A DNA stretch of 64,000 nucleotides. Origin: a plasmid. The notes beneath the pieces are model-generated. The model was not told the DNA's origin. It searched no databases and saw only the letters and a list, made by a program, of their open reading frames with translations. A program made the position numbers and the translations under genes. Positions 40,310-50,524 of the stretch are shown here, in pieces. The first letter of the stretch is position 1, and every line of letters begins with the position of its first letter. The DNA lies in the sequence record NZ_CP143948.1. One strand, 5' to 3'.

Positions 40310-40906
40310 ATGCTCCTTCTTCAATACAACTCCCAGTTTCTTTCACTTCTTGATGAAGCCATTAACCTTGATGAAATTGTTCCTGTTTCTTTTGTTACTC
40401 ATTTCCACGCTTCAACCGGAATACCTCGAAAGCACCAGCTTTATCCGATGCTCAAGGCACTTCTACTCCAGCGTATTTTTTTCAATCCCGACAGATACGC
40501 TCCTGCTTGCGTTCCTAGAGTACTCTCAGGAACTTCGTGATTTCTGCGACTTTGATGCTGTTCCAGATGGTTCCAAATTTACACGTTTTAAACAGGACTT
40601 CTTGTTGGATTTACGATCTTCGAAGACATTGGATTTCGTAATGCTTTTATTCCTCTCCGTGCCTATCCTGGCATAGAACGTGGCTCGAAATAATGGGAAG
40701 ATACTTACAAGATCCGTGTAAATGTTGAAAATTCAATCAACCATTTCAAAGATAGTTGCAGCATTGCGAATCGTAAGACCCAGAATGAGAAAACGCTTCA
40801 TGCTGATTTACTTCTTGCCGGAATCACCCAGCTTGTTACTGTAATTGTCGCTGATAAGATTCATCAGTACCAATACATTCGGAGTTTGAAGCCCTTGATT
40901 GCCTGA
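40310..40906 (+). pseudogene. decayed DDE transposase remnant (IS4/IS1182-like; N-terminal DUF772-like fragment and C-terminal fragment, internally deleted or frameshifted)
   Basis: Fragments TGIPRKHQLYPMLKALLLQRIFFNPDR and LLLAFLEYSQELRDFCDFDAVPDGSKFTRFKQDF (other frames). A C-terminal block NVENSINHFKDSCSIANRKTQNEKTLHADLLLAGITQLVTVIVADKIHQYQYIRSLKPLIA ends at 40906. Confidence 0.5.
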
Positions 40907-41355
40907 TTATTAATATGCATATAATCTTTTCTTCGCAGTTTATCTGGGAAATCTTTTAGTCATGTCTAAATTTAGAAGCACCTACTTTTCATCTTTAAGA
41001 ATCCTACGTTGCAGAATTCTTACCGCTTTTTAATCAGGAGTGCGCACTTGTTCCGCAATTACCTACTTGTTGTACTTTTTATTATCGTAACTATCCAGAA
41101 CCACCACACACATTCACAAAACCGCACGATATTTGTACTTTATCTGCACTCTGTTTAGCATCGCTGCTACACAGCTAATTTCGCTCATATTTGCGGTATG
41201 GTTGCATGGTTAACCACTCAAGTAACTAACCTATGAACTTATAATAGATAATATAAATAATATTGTCAACTGTATTTTTCTCCATATAAAAAAGACCATA
41301 CACTCAGTTGTTTTCTGAATGTATGATCCTTTAATTCATCTTATTCCCAACAGCA

Positions 41356-42075
41356 CTATGGTAGTTCAAATGTCAGCCTCTCCCCTGTCGCAGGATGGTC
41401 AAAAACAATCTTGTATGAGCAAAGTGCAAGCTGCTCCCTCACACCGAAACCGGTGCGTCCTGATTTGCTTCCCGTTCCTGAGTTATTTGAGACAGTCTTC
41501 CCATACTTGGTATCTCCAATCAGAGGATAGCCGATATTTGCAAGCTGCAAACGTATCTGATGGTGCCTTCCTGTGAGAAGCTTTATGTCAAATTCTGTTT
41601 TATTGCATTCATTTGATATTATCCTGTACTGAAGCACTGCTTTTTTTGCCTGCCTGTCTTTTTCGCTTGTGATTTTAGATGTATTGGTACGCTTGTCGAA
41701 AGAGATATAATCTGTGAGAGTATGCCATGCCAGATCATGATTATCTTCTTTATTATCTTCTTCCTTATCTGCTCCTGACACTCCCTGCCCTCTGCTTGCC
41801 GCACGATAATATTTCTCGATTGTATGCTCCTTTATCTGTCTGCTCAAAGAAGCCGCGGCTTTCTGATTCTTGGCAAATACCATCACTCCCTCTACCGGCT
41901 GGTCGAGCCTATGCACTATGCCAACATAGGGTGGCTCATTTTTAGCCGCCCTGTAATTTCTTATGAAGCTCTCCATATCCTGCTGCCCTATACGCCTGGT
42001 CTGTGTAGCAATTCCCGCCGGCTTATAGCAGACGATAATGTCGTTGTCTTCGTAAATAATATCTGGTTTTCCCAT
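41356..42075 (-). CDS. RluA-family pseudouridine synthase
   Basis: HRLDQPVEGVMVFAKN catalytic Asp motif, GRHHQIRLQLA. Start placed at MGKPDIIYED. The track ORF starts at 42186. Followed by a terminator at 41295-41340. Confidence 0.75.
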   Translation of the reverse strand: MGKPDIIYEDNDIIVCYKPAGIATQTRRIGQQDMESFIRNYRAAKNEPPYVGIVHRLDQPVEGVMVFAKNQKAAASLSRQIKEHTIEKYYRAASRGQGVSGADKEEDNKEDNHDLAWHTLTDYISFDKRTNTSKITSEKDRQAKKAVLQYRIISNECNKTEFDIKLLTGRHHQIRLQLANIGYPLIGDTKYGKTVSNNSGTGSKSGRTGFGVREQLALCSYKIVFDHPATGERLTFELP

Positions 42076-42255
42076 GTTGTAACTCCCACAAATTGTTATT
42101 GTAACTTTTAACTGTTCAGCACATTTACAGTTGCGATACGCAAGCATATAGCCAAGTGTCACCTCACATACAAACGAAGGCAGCATCGGTATAAAATAAT
42201 AGTTACTTATTATATTTTATCAACTCAATGAGTTGTTAGCAATGGTATTAAAAAA

Positions 42256-43005
42256 CTAATTCTGACAATTTAATATTCTTTTTGCACATTCTATCTGTTC
42301 CTTTGTAGGAGGCTCCACCCCTTCAAGCTGATATGGTATACCAAGCTCCTTCCACTTGAACACCCCAAGTGTGTGGTACGGCAGCACCTCAACCCTTTCC
42401 ACCGTTTTAAGTGTGTCGATAAACTCTCTAAGCTGCTTTAAATATCTCTCATCCGTGGTGATTCCAGGCACAAGCACATGACGTATCCACATTTTTTTAC
42501 CGTTTTTTGAGAGATATTGTGCCATATCAAGGATATTCTTATTTGTCTGTCCCGTAAGCTTTTTGTGCTCCTCGTCATCTATATGCTTGATGTCCAGCAT
42601 GAAGAGATCTGTATATTTCATCAGCTCATTAAATTTGCCGAAAAACGGTTCTTCCACGGTAAACGGATTTCCTGATGTGTCAAGGCATGTGTTTACACCT
42701 TTTTCCTTTGCAAACTTAAATAGCTCTGTGACAAAGTCTATCTGCAAAAGTGCTTCACCTCCGCTTACTGTGATGCCACCTGTTTGCTTCCAGTACGCTT
42801 TATAGCGCATGGCGGTCTTTAGCACCTCCTGCGGTGTCATCAGCTTTGCACCGTCATTTTCGCCGCATTTGGCCCATGTGTCCGGGTTATGGCAGTATTT
42901 ACAGCGCATATTGCAGCCCTTCAAAAATACTATATATCTCACTCCCGGGCCGTCGGCTGAGCCGAAGCTTTCTACCGAGTGTACTCTTCCTAGTGTTTCT
43001 CCCAT
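42256..43005 (-). CDS. pflA: pyruvate formate-lyase activating enzyme (radical SAM)
   Basis: CNMRCKYCHNPDTW radical-SAM cluster motif. 249 aa. Downstream of pflB. Confidence 0.85.
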   Translation of the reverse strand: MGETLGRVHSVESFGSADGPGVRYIVFLKGCNMRCKYCHNPDTWAKCGENDGAKLMTPQEVLKTAMRYKAYWKQTGGITVSGGEALLQIDFVTELFKFAKEKGVNTCLDTSGNPFTVEEPFFGKFNELMKYTDLFMLDIKHIDDEEHKKLTGQTNKNILDMAQYLSKNGKKMWIRHVLVPGITTDERYLKQLREFIDTLKTVERVEVLPYHTLGVFKWKELGIPYQLEGVEPPTKEQIECAKRILNCQN

Positions 43006-43050
43006 GTTTTACCTGCCACTCAAAATGTGTTCAAATATACTCAAACACAT

Positions 43051-43250
43051 CGAGAAATTAAAGTCCTTGCGGATACTTCTTACTGCTTCGATGTGTATGC
43101 TTTGGCGATTGTAAACAATACGCTACTCACAAGTTCGTGTACACTCCACAGTCGTAAATTCCTGCGATAGCCCGCAGTACATACTTACGTTTGCGTTTAT
43201 TATGCAACTTCGTAAGTTAAAGCATCTCTTAGATTAAGAGCAGCATTGAA
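43051..43250 (-). ncRNA. predicted omega-RNA (reRNA) scaffold of TnpB, by position only
   Basis: Region spanning the 3' end of tnpB and the right-end sequence, where IS200/605/607 omega-RNAs are encoded. Contains hairpin ATGTGTT-n13-AACACAT. Not confirmed by folding. Confidence 0.3.
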
Positions 43251-44360
43251 ATCCCTATCCTCAACATAACCACAATCACAACGATATATTCTATCTGAAA
43301 GCTTCAAATCTTTCTTGATAGCACCACAGCAATGACATATTTTGGATGATGGATACCATCTGTCTACGACTCTTAATTCAATACCATTTTCATCACATTT
43401 TGCTTTAAGCTTGGTTCTAAATTCATAGAACTTCTGTGACGCAACAGCTTTTGAAAGATGTCTGTTCTTCATCATTCCTGATACATTCAAATTTTCAATA
43501 GTTATATAAGATGGCTTGGTTTTCACTATCTCAGCTATTGATTTATTGATATAATCAGTACGGATATTATCTATTTTATGATGAAGTCTTTGTACTTTGA
43601 GCTTTTGCTTTTGTATATTCTTTTGAGTGGACTCTCCTTTCTTTAAGTTCTCATATTTTCGTGAGAGACATCTTTGTTCTCTACGCAGTTTCTTTTCCAA
43701 TTTTTTAATTCTTGTTGACTTATTGATATTTTTATAAGTTTTACCATTGGAAACAATCGCCAAGTCTTTTAAACCCAAGTCAATTCCTATACCACCATTG
43801 CTATTATTAGCAATCTTAACGTTGGGAATTTCTACAAGAACTGACACATAGTATCTGTCTGCTTTGACGGATACTGTACCGCTTTTGATTTTCCATCCGT
43901 CTTTAGTTGTTGGTATATAACCTTTTTCTTTAATGCGTACCCAACCTAAAGTGGGTATGTTCAGCCTATGTCTCTCACATCTACAGTCTTTAGTATTGTT
44001 CTTTACGAAATACATTTTTACATCAGATTTACCTTTCTTTTTGAAATTAGGAAAAGCGCTTTGATGTTTAAAAAATCTTGTAAATGCAGTACATCCATCT
44101 TCAATAGACTTTTTTACAGCTTTTGAATATGCTTCTTTAATCCATATTTTATCAGGATTATTAGGAATATACTCATTATTAAGCCATACGCTGAAACTCT
44201 TGCCAGTCATAAACTTTTCACCGTTATCATATAAAGTTTTGTTGTGACCGAGATAGAAGTTATAGACGTACCTACAAGTGCCAATAGTCTTGTTAATCTT
44301 GATTTTTTGCTCAATCGTCGGATTTATTTCCGTCTTGAAGCTCTTTAGCAATTTCCTCAT
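43200..44360 (-). CDS. tnpB: TnpB (OrfB_IS605 RuvC-like RNA-guided endonuclease family)
   Basis: 386 aa. Split RuvC motifs (GIDLGLKD, ITIENLNV) and a C-terminal zinc finger CHCCG...CDCG. Confidence 0.85.
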   Translation of the reverse strand: MRKLLKSFKTEINPTIEQKIKINKTIGTCRYVYNFYLGHNKTLYDNGEKFMTGKSFSVWLNNEYIPNNPDKIWIKEAYSKAVKKSIEDGCTAFTRFFKHQSAFPNFKKKGKSDVKMYFVKNNTKDCRCERHRLNIPTLGWVRIKEKGYIPTTKDGWKIKSGTVSVKADRYYVSVLVEIPNVKIANNSNGGIGIDLGLKDLAIVSNGKTYKNINKSTRIKKLEKKLRREQRCLSRKYENLKKGESTQKNIQKQKLKVQRLHHKIDNIRTDYINKSIAEIVKTKPSYITIENLNVSGMMKNRHLSKAVASQKFYEFRTKLKAKCDENGIELRVVDRWYPSSKICHCCGAIKKDLKLSDRIYRCDCGYVEDRDFNAALNLRDALTYEVA

Positions 44361-44961
44361 CCCTTTCTATTTGTTTTTCATACTTACGAAGTCCATACAA
44401 CCTGCAAGAGAATACATGAAGTATAGAAACAATATCCTGTACGAGTTCTTCCTGTGGTGATAGTTCTTCGTTGTTCACTACCACAATGCTTGTATTAAAC
44501 TTCATACAGAATTTTTCAAACCAATCGTAACCAAATCTGATAAATCTATCTTTATGAGTTACTATTATGGTTTTTATTTTCTGTTCCATTACTTCATTTA
44601 ATAATTCATTCCACTTTTTACGATTGTAATTAAGACCACTTCCATAATCCTCAATACACTGGTCTATAATAATACCTTTAGCATTACAAAACTGTCGCAA
44701 AAATGCAACTTGATTCTGTAAATCATCTTTTTGATTTCTTGTAGACACTCTGGCATAAATAACTACCTGACGTTTATCATTTTCAATATTTATGCCTTTG
44801 AATTGAAGGTACTGGTCATAGGTATAATAACGCCTATCAGTTGGAGTTCGATTTGCCTTTAAAGTTCCTTCTCTGTCCCAGCGTTGCAATGTCTTAACAG
44901 ACACACCTAACAGTTCAGCAAAATCTTTTGGCTTATAATTTGTGATATTTGATGTATTCAT
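44311..44961 (-). CDS. tnpA: IS607-family TnpA: MerR-like HTH plus serine recombinase
   Basis: N-terminal HTH (FAELLGVSVKTLQRWDREG), catalytic VVIYARVSTRNQKDDLQNQ. Overlaps tnpB by 50 nt. Confidence 0.85.
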   Translation of the reverse strand: MNTSNITNYKPKDFAELLGVSVKTLQRWDREGTLKANRTPTDRRYYTYDQYLQFKGINIENDKRQVVIYARVSTRNQKDDLQNQVAFLRQFCNAKGIIIDQCIEDYGSGLNYNRKKWNELLNEVMEQKIKTIIVTHKDRFIRFGYDWFEKFCMKFNTSIVVVNNEELSPQEELVQDIVSILHVFSCRLYGLRKYEKQIERDEEIAKELQDGNKSDD

Positions 44962-45084
44962 AATAATTTACTCCTTTGAGTATATTTAAACACATTTAAT
45001 CACATTTAACAATATATTCAATTACTTATTTTCTCCTCCTAGGTTGTTGCTACTACTTTTATTTTATGGTACGGAATTTTCGGC

Positions 45085-45215
45085 AACCCGCCAGCCGGGA
45101 CTTTTCAATGCTCAGGTTCTTCGGGCTAAGAGGCTGTATGAATTATGATTTTGGTTTTCTATGCTTGACGCGACCGGCTTTTACACACCTTCCGAAAATT
45201 CCTTACGCTGTGGTG
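45085..45215. repeat. partial, divergent copy of the repeat family seen at 50525-50820
   Basis: Shared core gctaagaGGCTGTATGAATTATGattttGGTTTTCTATGCTTGACGcgACCGGCTTTTAc and a CCTTACGyTGTGG end. Confidence 0.5.
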
Positions 45216-45283
45216 TTATTTAGAAAATCAGAATATGCAGGCACTTGGCCTGCACATTCTGGAATGTTGGATATTTTTTTATA

Positions 45284-47536
45284 TTACATTCTCTCGTGGC
45301 ATGTACGTGAGATTACATCGAGCTGCTGCTCTCTTGTGAGGTCGATGAACTTAACTGCGTATCCTGATACTCGGATTGTGAAGTTTGCGTACTCCTCCTT
45401 CTCAGGATGCTCCATTGCATCGATGAGCTTCTCTTTACCGAATACGTTTACATTGAGGTGATGTGCACCCTGATCGAAGTATCCGTCCATTACGTTTACA
45501 AGGTTGTCGATTCTCTCTCCCTCGTTGTTTCCGAGTGCTCCCGGATTGATGGTCTGTGTATTTGAGATTCCATCAAGCGCCCACTCATATGGAAGCTTTG
45601 TGAGTGAGTTTAAGGATGCGAGAAGTCCGTTCTGCTCTGCGCCGTATGATGGGTTTGCTCCCGGTGAGAGTGGCTCTCCGGCTTTACGTCCGTCAGGCAT
45701 TGCTCCTGTAGCTTTTCCGTATACTACGTTTGATGTAATTGTAAGGATTGATGTTGTAGGCTCTGAATCACGGTATGTGTGATGCTTCTTTAACTTGTCC
45801 ATGAATGTCTTAAGAAGCCATACACCGATTTCGTCCGCGCGGTCATCATCGTTTCCGTATTTAGGGAACTCTCCCTCGATTTCGAAATCCTTTGCCAGTC
45901 CGCTCTCGTCACGGACTACTTTAACCTTTGCATATTTGATTGCTGAAAGAGAATCGATTACGTGTGAGAATCCTGCGATTCCTGTTGCAAATGTTCTCTT
46001 TAAGTCTGTATCCATGAGTGCAAGCTCTGCTGCCTCATAGTAGTATTTGTCATGCATGTACTGGATAAGGTTTAATGTATTTACATAGATGTCTACTAAC
46101 CAGTCCATCATCTTGTCGTATTTCGCCATTACCTCGTCATAGTCAAGGTACTCTGCTGTGATAGGTGCGTAGTTTGGTCCTACCTGCTCACCTGATTTTT
46201 CATCAACACCACCGTTGATAGCGTAAAGGAGACATTTTGCAAGGTTTGCACGTGCTCCGAAGAACTGCATCTCTTTACCTGTCTGTGTTGCAGATACACA
46301 GCAGCAGATTGCATAATCATCGCCCCATACAGGCTTCATTGCGTCATCGTTCTCATACTGGATTGAGCTTGTCTCAATTGAGATGCGGGCTGCATAATCC
46401 TTGAAGGTCTGAGGAAGCTTTGATGAGTAGAATACTGTGAGGTTTGGCTCCGGTGCAGGTCCCATGTTCTCTAATGTATGGAGGAAACGGAAGTCTGTCT
46501 TTGTAACCATTGAACGTCCGTCCACACCTGTTCCTGCCACGTCAAGTGTTGCCCATACAGGATCACCTGAGAATAACTGGTTGTATGAAGGAATACGTGC
46601 AAATTTAACCATACGAAGCTTCATTGTAAAATGGTCGATGAGCTCCTGTGCTTCCTGCTCTGTGAGGATGCCCTTGTCCATATCTCTCTTGATGTAAATG
46701 TCAAGGAATGTAGATACACGTCCTACTGACATTGCTGCACCATTCTGTGTCTTGATTGCTGCAAGGTATCCGAAGTATAACCACTGAACTGCCTCTTTTG
46801 CGTTTGTTGCAGGTCTTGAGATATCATATCCGTAAATCTCTGCAAGCTTCTTCATATCCTCAAGACATTTAATCTGCTCTGCGATTTCCTCTCTTAAACG
46901 GATAACATCATCTGTCATCTGTCCACAGCCACAGTTTGCCTTATCCTTCTTTTTCTCTTCGATGAGATAATCAAGTCCGTATAATGCTACACGACGGTAA
47001 TCGCCTACGATACGTCCACGGCCGTATGTGTCAGGAAGACCTGTAAGGATCTTTGCATGACGAACCTTCATCATCTCAGGTGTGTATGCATCGAATACTG
47101 CTGTGTTGTGTGTCTTATGATATTTTGTGAAAATTTCCTTGAGCTTGTCGCTTACATTGTAACCATATGTCTCAGCAGCCTGTACTGCCATCTTGATTCC
47201 ACCGTAAGGCATGAATGCTCTCTTTAACGGCTTATCTGTCTGAAGACCTACAATCTGCTCGAGGTCCTTTAATGACTCATCTATATATCCAGGGCCGTAA
47301 GCTGTAATTCCTGTTACAACCTCTGTCTCCATGTCAAGAACTCCGCCCTTGGCACGCTCCTCTTTCTGTAATTTCTGAAGCGCATCCCACAGCTTGTTTG
47401 TAGCATCTGTCGGATCAGCTAAAAAGCTCTCATCTCCGTCGTATGGAGTGTAGTTGTCCTGAATAAACTGACGGACGTTGATTTCCTCTTTCCAAAGACG
47501 TCCTTCAAATCCATCCCACTCTTTCATCTCTATCAT
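45284..47536 (-). CDS. pflB: formate C-acetyltransferase (pyruvate formate-lyase, glycyl radical enzyme)
   Basis: 750 aa. C-terminal glycyl-radical motif RVSGYAVKF and catalytic CC pair (AICCCVSA). Confidence 0.9.
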   Translation of the reverse strand: MIEMKEWDGFEGRLWKEEINVRQFIQDNYTPYDGDESFLADPTDATNKLWDALQKLQKEERAKGGVLDMETEVVTGITAYGPGYIDESLKDLEQIVGLQTDKPLKRAFMPYGGIKMAVQAAETYGYNVSDKLKEIFTKYHKTHNTAVFDAYTPEMMKVRHAKILTGLPDTYGRGRIVGDYRRVALYGLDYLIEEKKKDKANCGCGQMTDDVIRLREEIAEQIKCLEDMKKLAEIYGYDISRPATNAKEAVQWLYFGYLAAIKTQNGAAMSVGRVSTFLDIYIKRDMDKGILTEQEAQELIDHFTMKLRMVKFARIPSYNQLFSGDPVWATLDVAGTGVDGRSMVTKTDFRFLHTLENMGPAPEPNLTVFYSSKLPQTFKDYAARISIETSSIQYENDDAMKPVWGDDYAICCCVSATQTGKEMQFFGARANLAKCLLYAINGGVDEKSGEQVGPNYAPITAEYLDYDEVMAKYDKMMDWLVDIYVNTLNLIQYMHDKYYYEAAELALMDTDLKRTFATGIAGFSHVIDSLSAIKYAKVKVVRDESGLAKDFEIEGEFPKYGNDDDRADEIGVWLLKTFMDKLKKHHTYRDSEPTTSILTITSNVVYGKATGAMPDGRKAGEPLSPGANPSYGAEQNGLLASLNSLTKLPYEWALDGISNTQTINPGALGNNEGERIDNLVNVMDGYFDQGAHHLNVNVFGKEKLIDAMEHPEKEEYANFTIRVSGYAVKFIDLTREQQLDVISRTCHERM

Positions 47537-47856
47537 TGTAATATCCTCCTTAAAATGTATGAATGTTACTTCGTTTGATTAGTTTTGTTTAACTGTGGTT
47601 AGTATATACTTACTACAGTATTTTTGTCAATATCCCTGTTGTTTCTTTTGAGATACATTCCCTGGTTATTTACACGACCATGGCTGATTTTATAATCAAA
47701 AAGAGCCAACTGTCCGGGTTTATCGCCCAGACGGTCGGCTCTTATTTGTTATATTTCATGTGGTTATTCCACTTATCCGTCAGTCATATAACACGTTCAT
47801 AGTAGACTATTTTTCTCAATAAAGCAATAGTGTTTTAGAACTATTTTTATTCTTTT

Positions 47857-48906
47857 CTATTCCGCACGAACCGCCCAGCGCATCTTCGTGGACCTGGCAC
47901 GTCCGTTCTGAGCACATTCCTGTGCTGATGGACGAATCACATCCTTGGAATAGTCGCTGTATATTCCTGCTTTATATCCTGCCTTGAGTGCCTTTTTGAC
48001 CAGCTTGTCCTCTCCTGAATGGAAGGTAAGAATGGCAGCTCTTCCACCGGGCTTTAATGCTCCCGGGAGCTTTTCCATAAACTCATATAGCACTTCAAAC
48101 TCATGGTTTACGTCTATGCGAAGCGCCTGGAATGTGCGCTGACAGGTCTTTTTGATTATGTCCTTCTTATCCTTTTCAGGGAGAAAATCGAGTGTCTGCT
48201 CTATAATGTGACGAAGCTTTGTGGTCGTATCTATGCGGTTGCCCTTCCTGATCTCGTCTGTGATTGCCTTTGCAAGCTCCTCGCAATACGGCTCATCTGA
48301 GTTCTCATAGAGCATACCCGAAAGCTCCTCACGGGATATATTATCAAGCCGCTCTGCTGCACTGATACCGGCATTTGGATTAAGACGCAGATCCAGCGGT
48401 CCATCCACCTTAAACGAAAAACCACGCTCAGGATTATCTATCTGCATTGATGAAACTCCCAGATCGGCAAGTATGAAATCAAAGCCTCCTACTTCCTTTG
48501 CAATCTCATCTATTGTGCAGAAGTTCTGAAGCTTTATGGTGAGAATATCCTCTCCAAAACCTGCTTCCGCGAGACGCTTTTTTGTCTTTTCAGACTCGAT
48601 TGGGTCAACATCTGTAGCAAACATATGTCCCTGTCCTTCAAGCTTTTCAAGCATTGCCCTTGTGTGGCCACCGTATCCGAGTGTGGCATCAAAGCCTGTC
48701 TGTCCCGGCTTTATGTCCAGAAAATCTATGATTTCTTTTACCATTATGGATATGTGCATGCCCGCAGGGGTATTTCCCTTGCTGATGACATGCTCAATTG
48801 TATCCTTGTATTTCTCCGGATTTAATTCCTTGTATTTTTCCTCAAATTTTTTGGGATATTTTCCGCTATAGTGCACGCGGCGCTTGTGCTGTTTTTCTTC
48901 GCTCAT
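47857..48906 (-). CDS. rsmH: RsmH-like 16S rRNA (cytosine1402-N4)-methyltransferase paralog, standalone, with a ~45-aa N-terminal extension
   Basis: HISIMVKEIIDFL, DATLGYGGHT SAM-binding motif, FHSGEDK. Not adjacent to mraZ/ftsL. Confidence 0.65.
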   Translation of the reverse strand: MSEEKQHKRRVHYSGKYPKKFEEKYKELNPEKYKDTIEHVISKGNTPAGMHISIMVKEIIDFLDIKPGQTGFDATLGYGGHTRAMLEKLEGQGHMFATDVDPIESEKTKKRLAEAGFGEDILTIKLQNFCTIDEIAKEVGGFDFILADLGVSSMQIDNPERGFSFKVDGPLDLRLNPNAGISAAERLDNISREELSGMLYENSDEPYCEELAKAITDEIRKGNRIDTTTKLRHIIEQTLDFLPEKDKKDIIKKTCQRTFQALRIDVNHEFEVLYEFMEKLPGALKPGGRAAILTFHSGEDKLVKKALKAGYKAGIYSDYSKDVIRPSAQECAQNGRARSTKMRWAVRAE

Positions 48907-49003
48907 TTTATGCTCCGTTTCATTCTGAGTTAGAACTGTTATGCTGACTTTTGCTACAGTATAACTTTTATTTTACTTTTCCGCAAGATAATGACTTACA
49001 TTC

Positions 49004-50389
49004 CTATACCATCTGCACGAGCCACACGTCGCTTTTCACCATGAAGTATCCGATGACTACCTTTATCAGCTCTGTGGCCTGCACTAGGAAGTACACCGCT
49101 ACTATGCCAAGTGCTGTGTATTTGGCAAGCACAAATGCCACCGGCACCACTATCACCCACGTAAATACGGAGTCAAACAGAAATGTGACCAGTGTCTTGC
49201 CTCCTGAGCGGAGTGTGAAATACGACGAATGTGTAAATGCACAAAACGGCATAATTATCGCTGATACCGCTATGAAGCTTGTTGCGAGTGACTTGATTTC
49301 ATCTGTTGTGTTATATATCTGAGGGAAAAATCCGCCTACCAGAAGCATGACCGCCGCCATTACAGAACAGCAGAACACACTGAACACTATCATCTTGTTA
49401 TCCGCATCCTTTGCCTTTTCAAGCTCACCGGCTCCAAGATACTGCCCTACAACTATGCTGATGCATGCGCCAAGCTGTATAAACACGATATTGAAAAGGT
49501 TTGTTATCGTTGTCGCAATGTTTAAACCTGCGATTACCGAGAGTCCTCGTACTGAATAGCACTGTGTAACCGTTGTCATGCCTGCTGCCCATAAAAGCTC
49601 ATTGAGCATGAGTGGCAGTCCCTTGATGAATATAGTCTTAAACTCACCAAACGGCATTCCTATTCCTCTGTAAGCGCCCTCGAGATATCTGTTCTTATCC
49701 CTGTTTTTATGCGCCCACAGCACAACTATTATTGTCTCAATATATCGCGACATCACAGTGGCAATAGCGGCTCCCGCCACACCCAGCTTTGGTATCGGTC
49801 CTATTCCGAAGATGAGCAGAAAATCAAGCACCGCATTGCTTCCAACTGCTGCAAAGCTTGCAACCATCGGTACAAAAGTCTGTCCTGTTTCCTTTATGTT
49901 TGTCGCATAGGCCTGCGTCACCGCAAACGGTATGAGACCTATCATAACAATTTCCAGATATTCCTTTCCATATGCCAGTGCTACCTCCGTGGCACCGTTT
50001 CCTGCCGTATCTGTCAGATAAAGTGATATGAAACCTGTTCCGTTCGTGATAAACAGTGTCATCGCTATTGCTGTAACAAGCAGCGCTGCATACAGCTTGA
50101 ATCTGAAGGAATACATATGCCCTTTATGATTTCCCTTGCCAAAATACTGTGCTCCGAATATACTTGCCGCTGACACCGCCCCAAATACAGCCAGATTGTA
50201 CACAAATATGAGCTGGTTTACGATTGCTACTCCTGACATCTGCTCTGTACCAAGCTGTCCTACCATAATGTTGTCCAGAAAGCTTACCAGATTTGTGATT
50301 GCATTCTGGATTATCATTGGTATGGCCAGCATGAGATATCGCTTATAAAATGCTTTGTCTCCTATATATTTTTGTCTGAATTTATGCAT
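49004..50389 (-). CDS. MATE family efflux transporter
   Basis: 461 aa, 12 TM. N-terminal YKRYLMLAIPMIIQNAITNLVSFLDNIMVGQLG. Confidence 0.8.
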   Translation of the reverse strand: MHKFRQKYIGDKAFYKRYLMLAIPMIIQNAITNLVSFLDNIMVGQLGTEQMSGVAIVNQLIFVYNLAVFGAVSAASIFGAQYFGKGNHKGHMYSFRFKLYAALLVTAIAMTLFITNGTGFISLYLTDTAGNGATEVALAYGKEYLEIVMIGLIPFAVTQAYATNIKETGQTFVPMVASFAAVGSNAVLDFLLIFGIGPIPKLGVAGAAIATVMSRYIETIIVVLWAHKNRDKNRYLEGAYRGIGMPFGEFKTIFIKGLPLMLNELLWAAGMTTVTQCYSVRGLSVIAGLNIATTITNLFNIVFIQLGACISIVVGQYLGAGELEKAKDADNKMIVFSVFCCSVMAAVMLLVGGFFPQIYNTTDEIKSLATSFIAVSAIIMPFCAFTHSSYFTLRSGGKTLVTFLFDSVFTWVIVVPVAFVLAKYTALGIVAVYFLVQATELIKVVIGYFMVKSDVWLVQMV

Positions 50390-50524
50390 GTTTGTCCCCC
50401 TTTCGATTTCTCCATGGTTCTTTCGTGCAATGTTACTATTTTACTACGTCAGACTTTATTTTTCAAATATTTTATGTGTTTTCCTTAATTTATTTTAGGA
50501 TTCAGAATTTTGTATCATAATGGC

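Larger units (their letters stand above)
43024..45000 (-). mobile_element. IS607-family insertion sequence (tnpA serine recombinase plus tnpB) in the pflB-pflA intergenic region
   Basis: Overlapping tnpA/tnpB genes. Near-identical 22-bp inverted sequences TTTGAGTATATTT[A/G]AACACATT at 44975-44996 and 43024-43050 (reverse complement). Confidence 0.7.

Noticed and set aside
40134-40676. 180-aa plus-strand ORF
   Set aside because: It overlaps the RBS-supported 51-aa minus-strand gene and runs across transposase fragments in mixed frames. It is an artefact of the decayed IS region.
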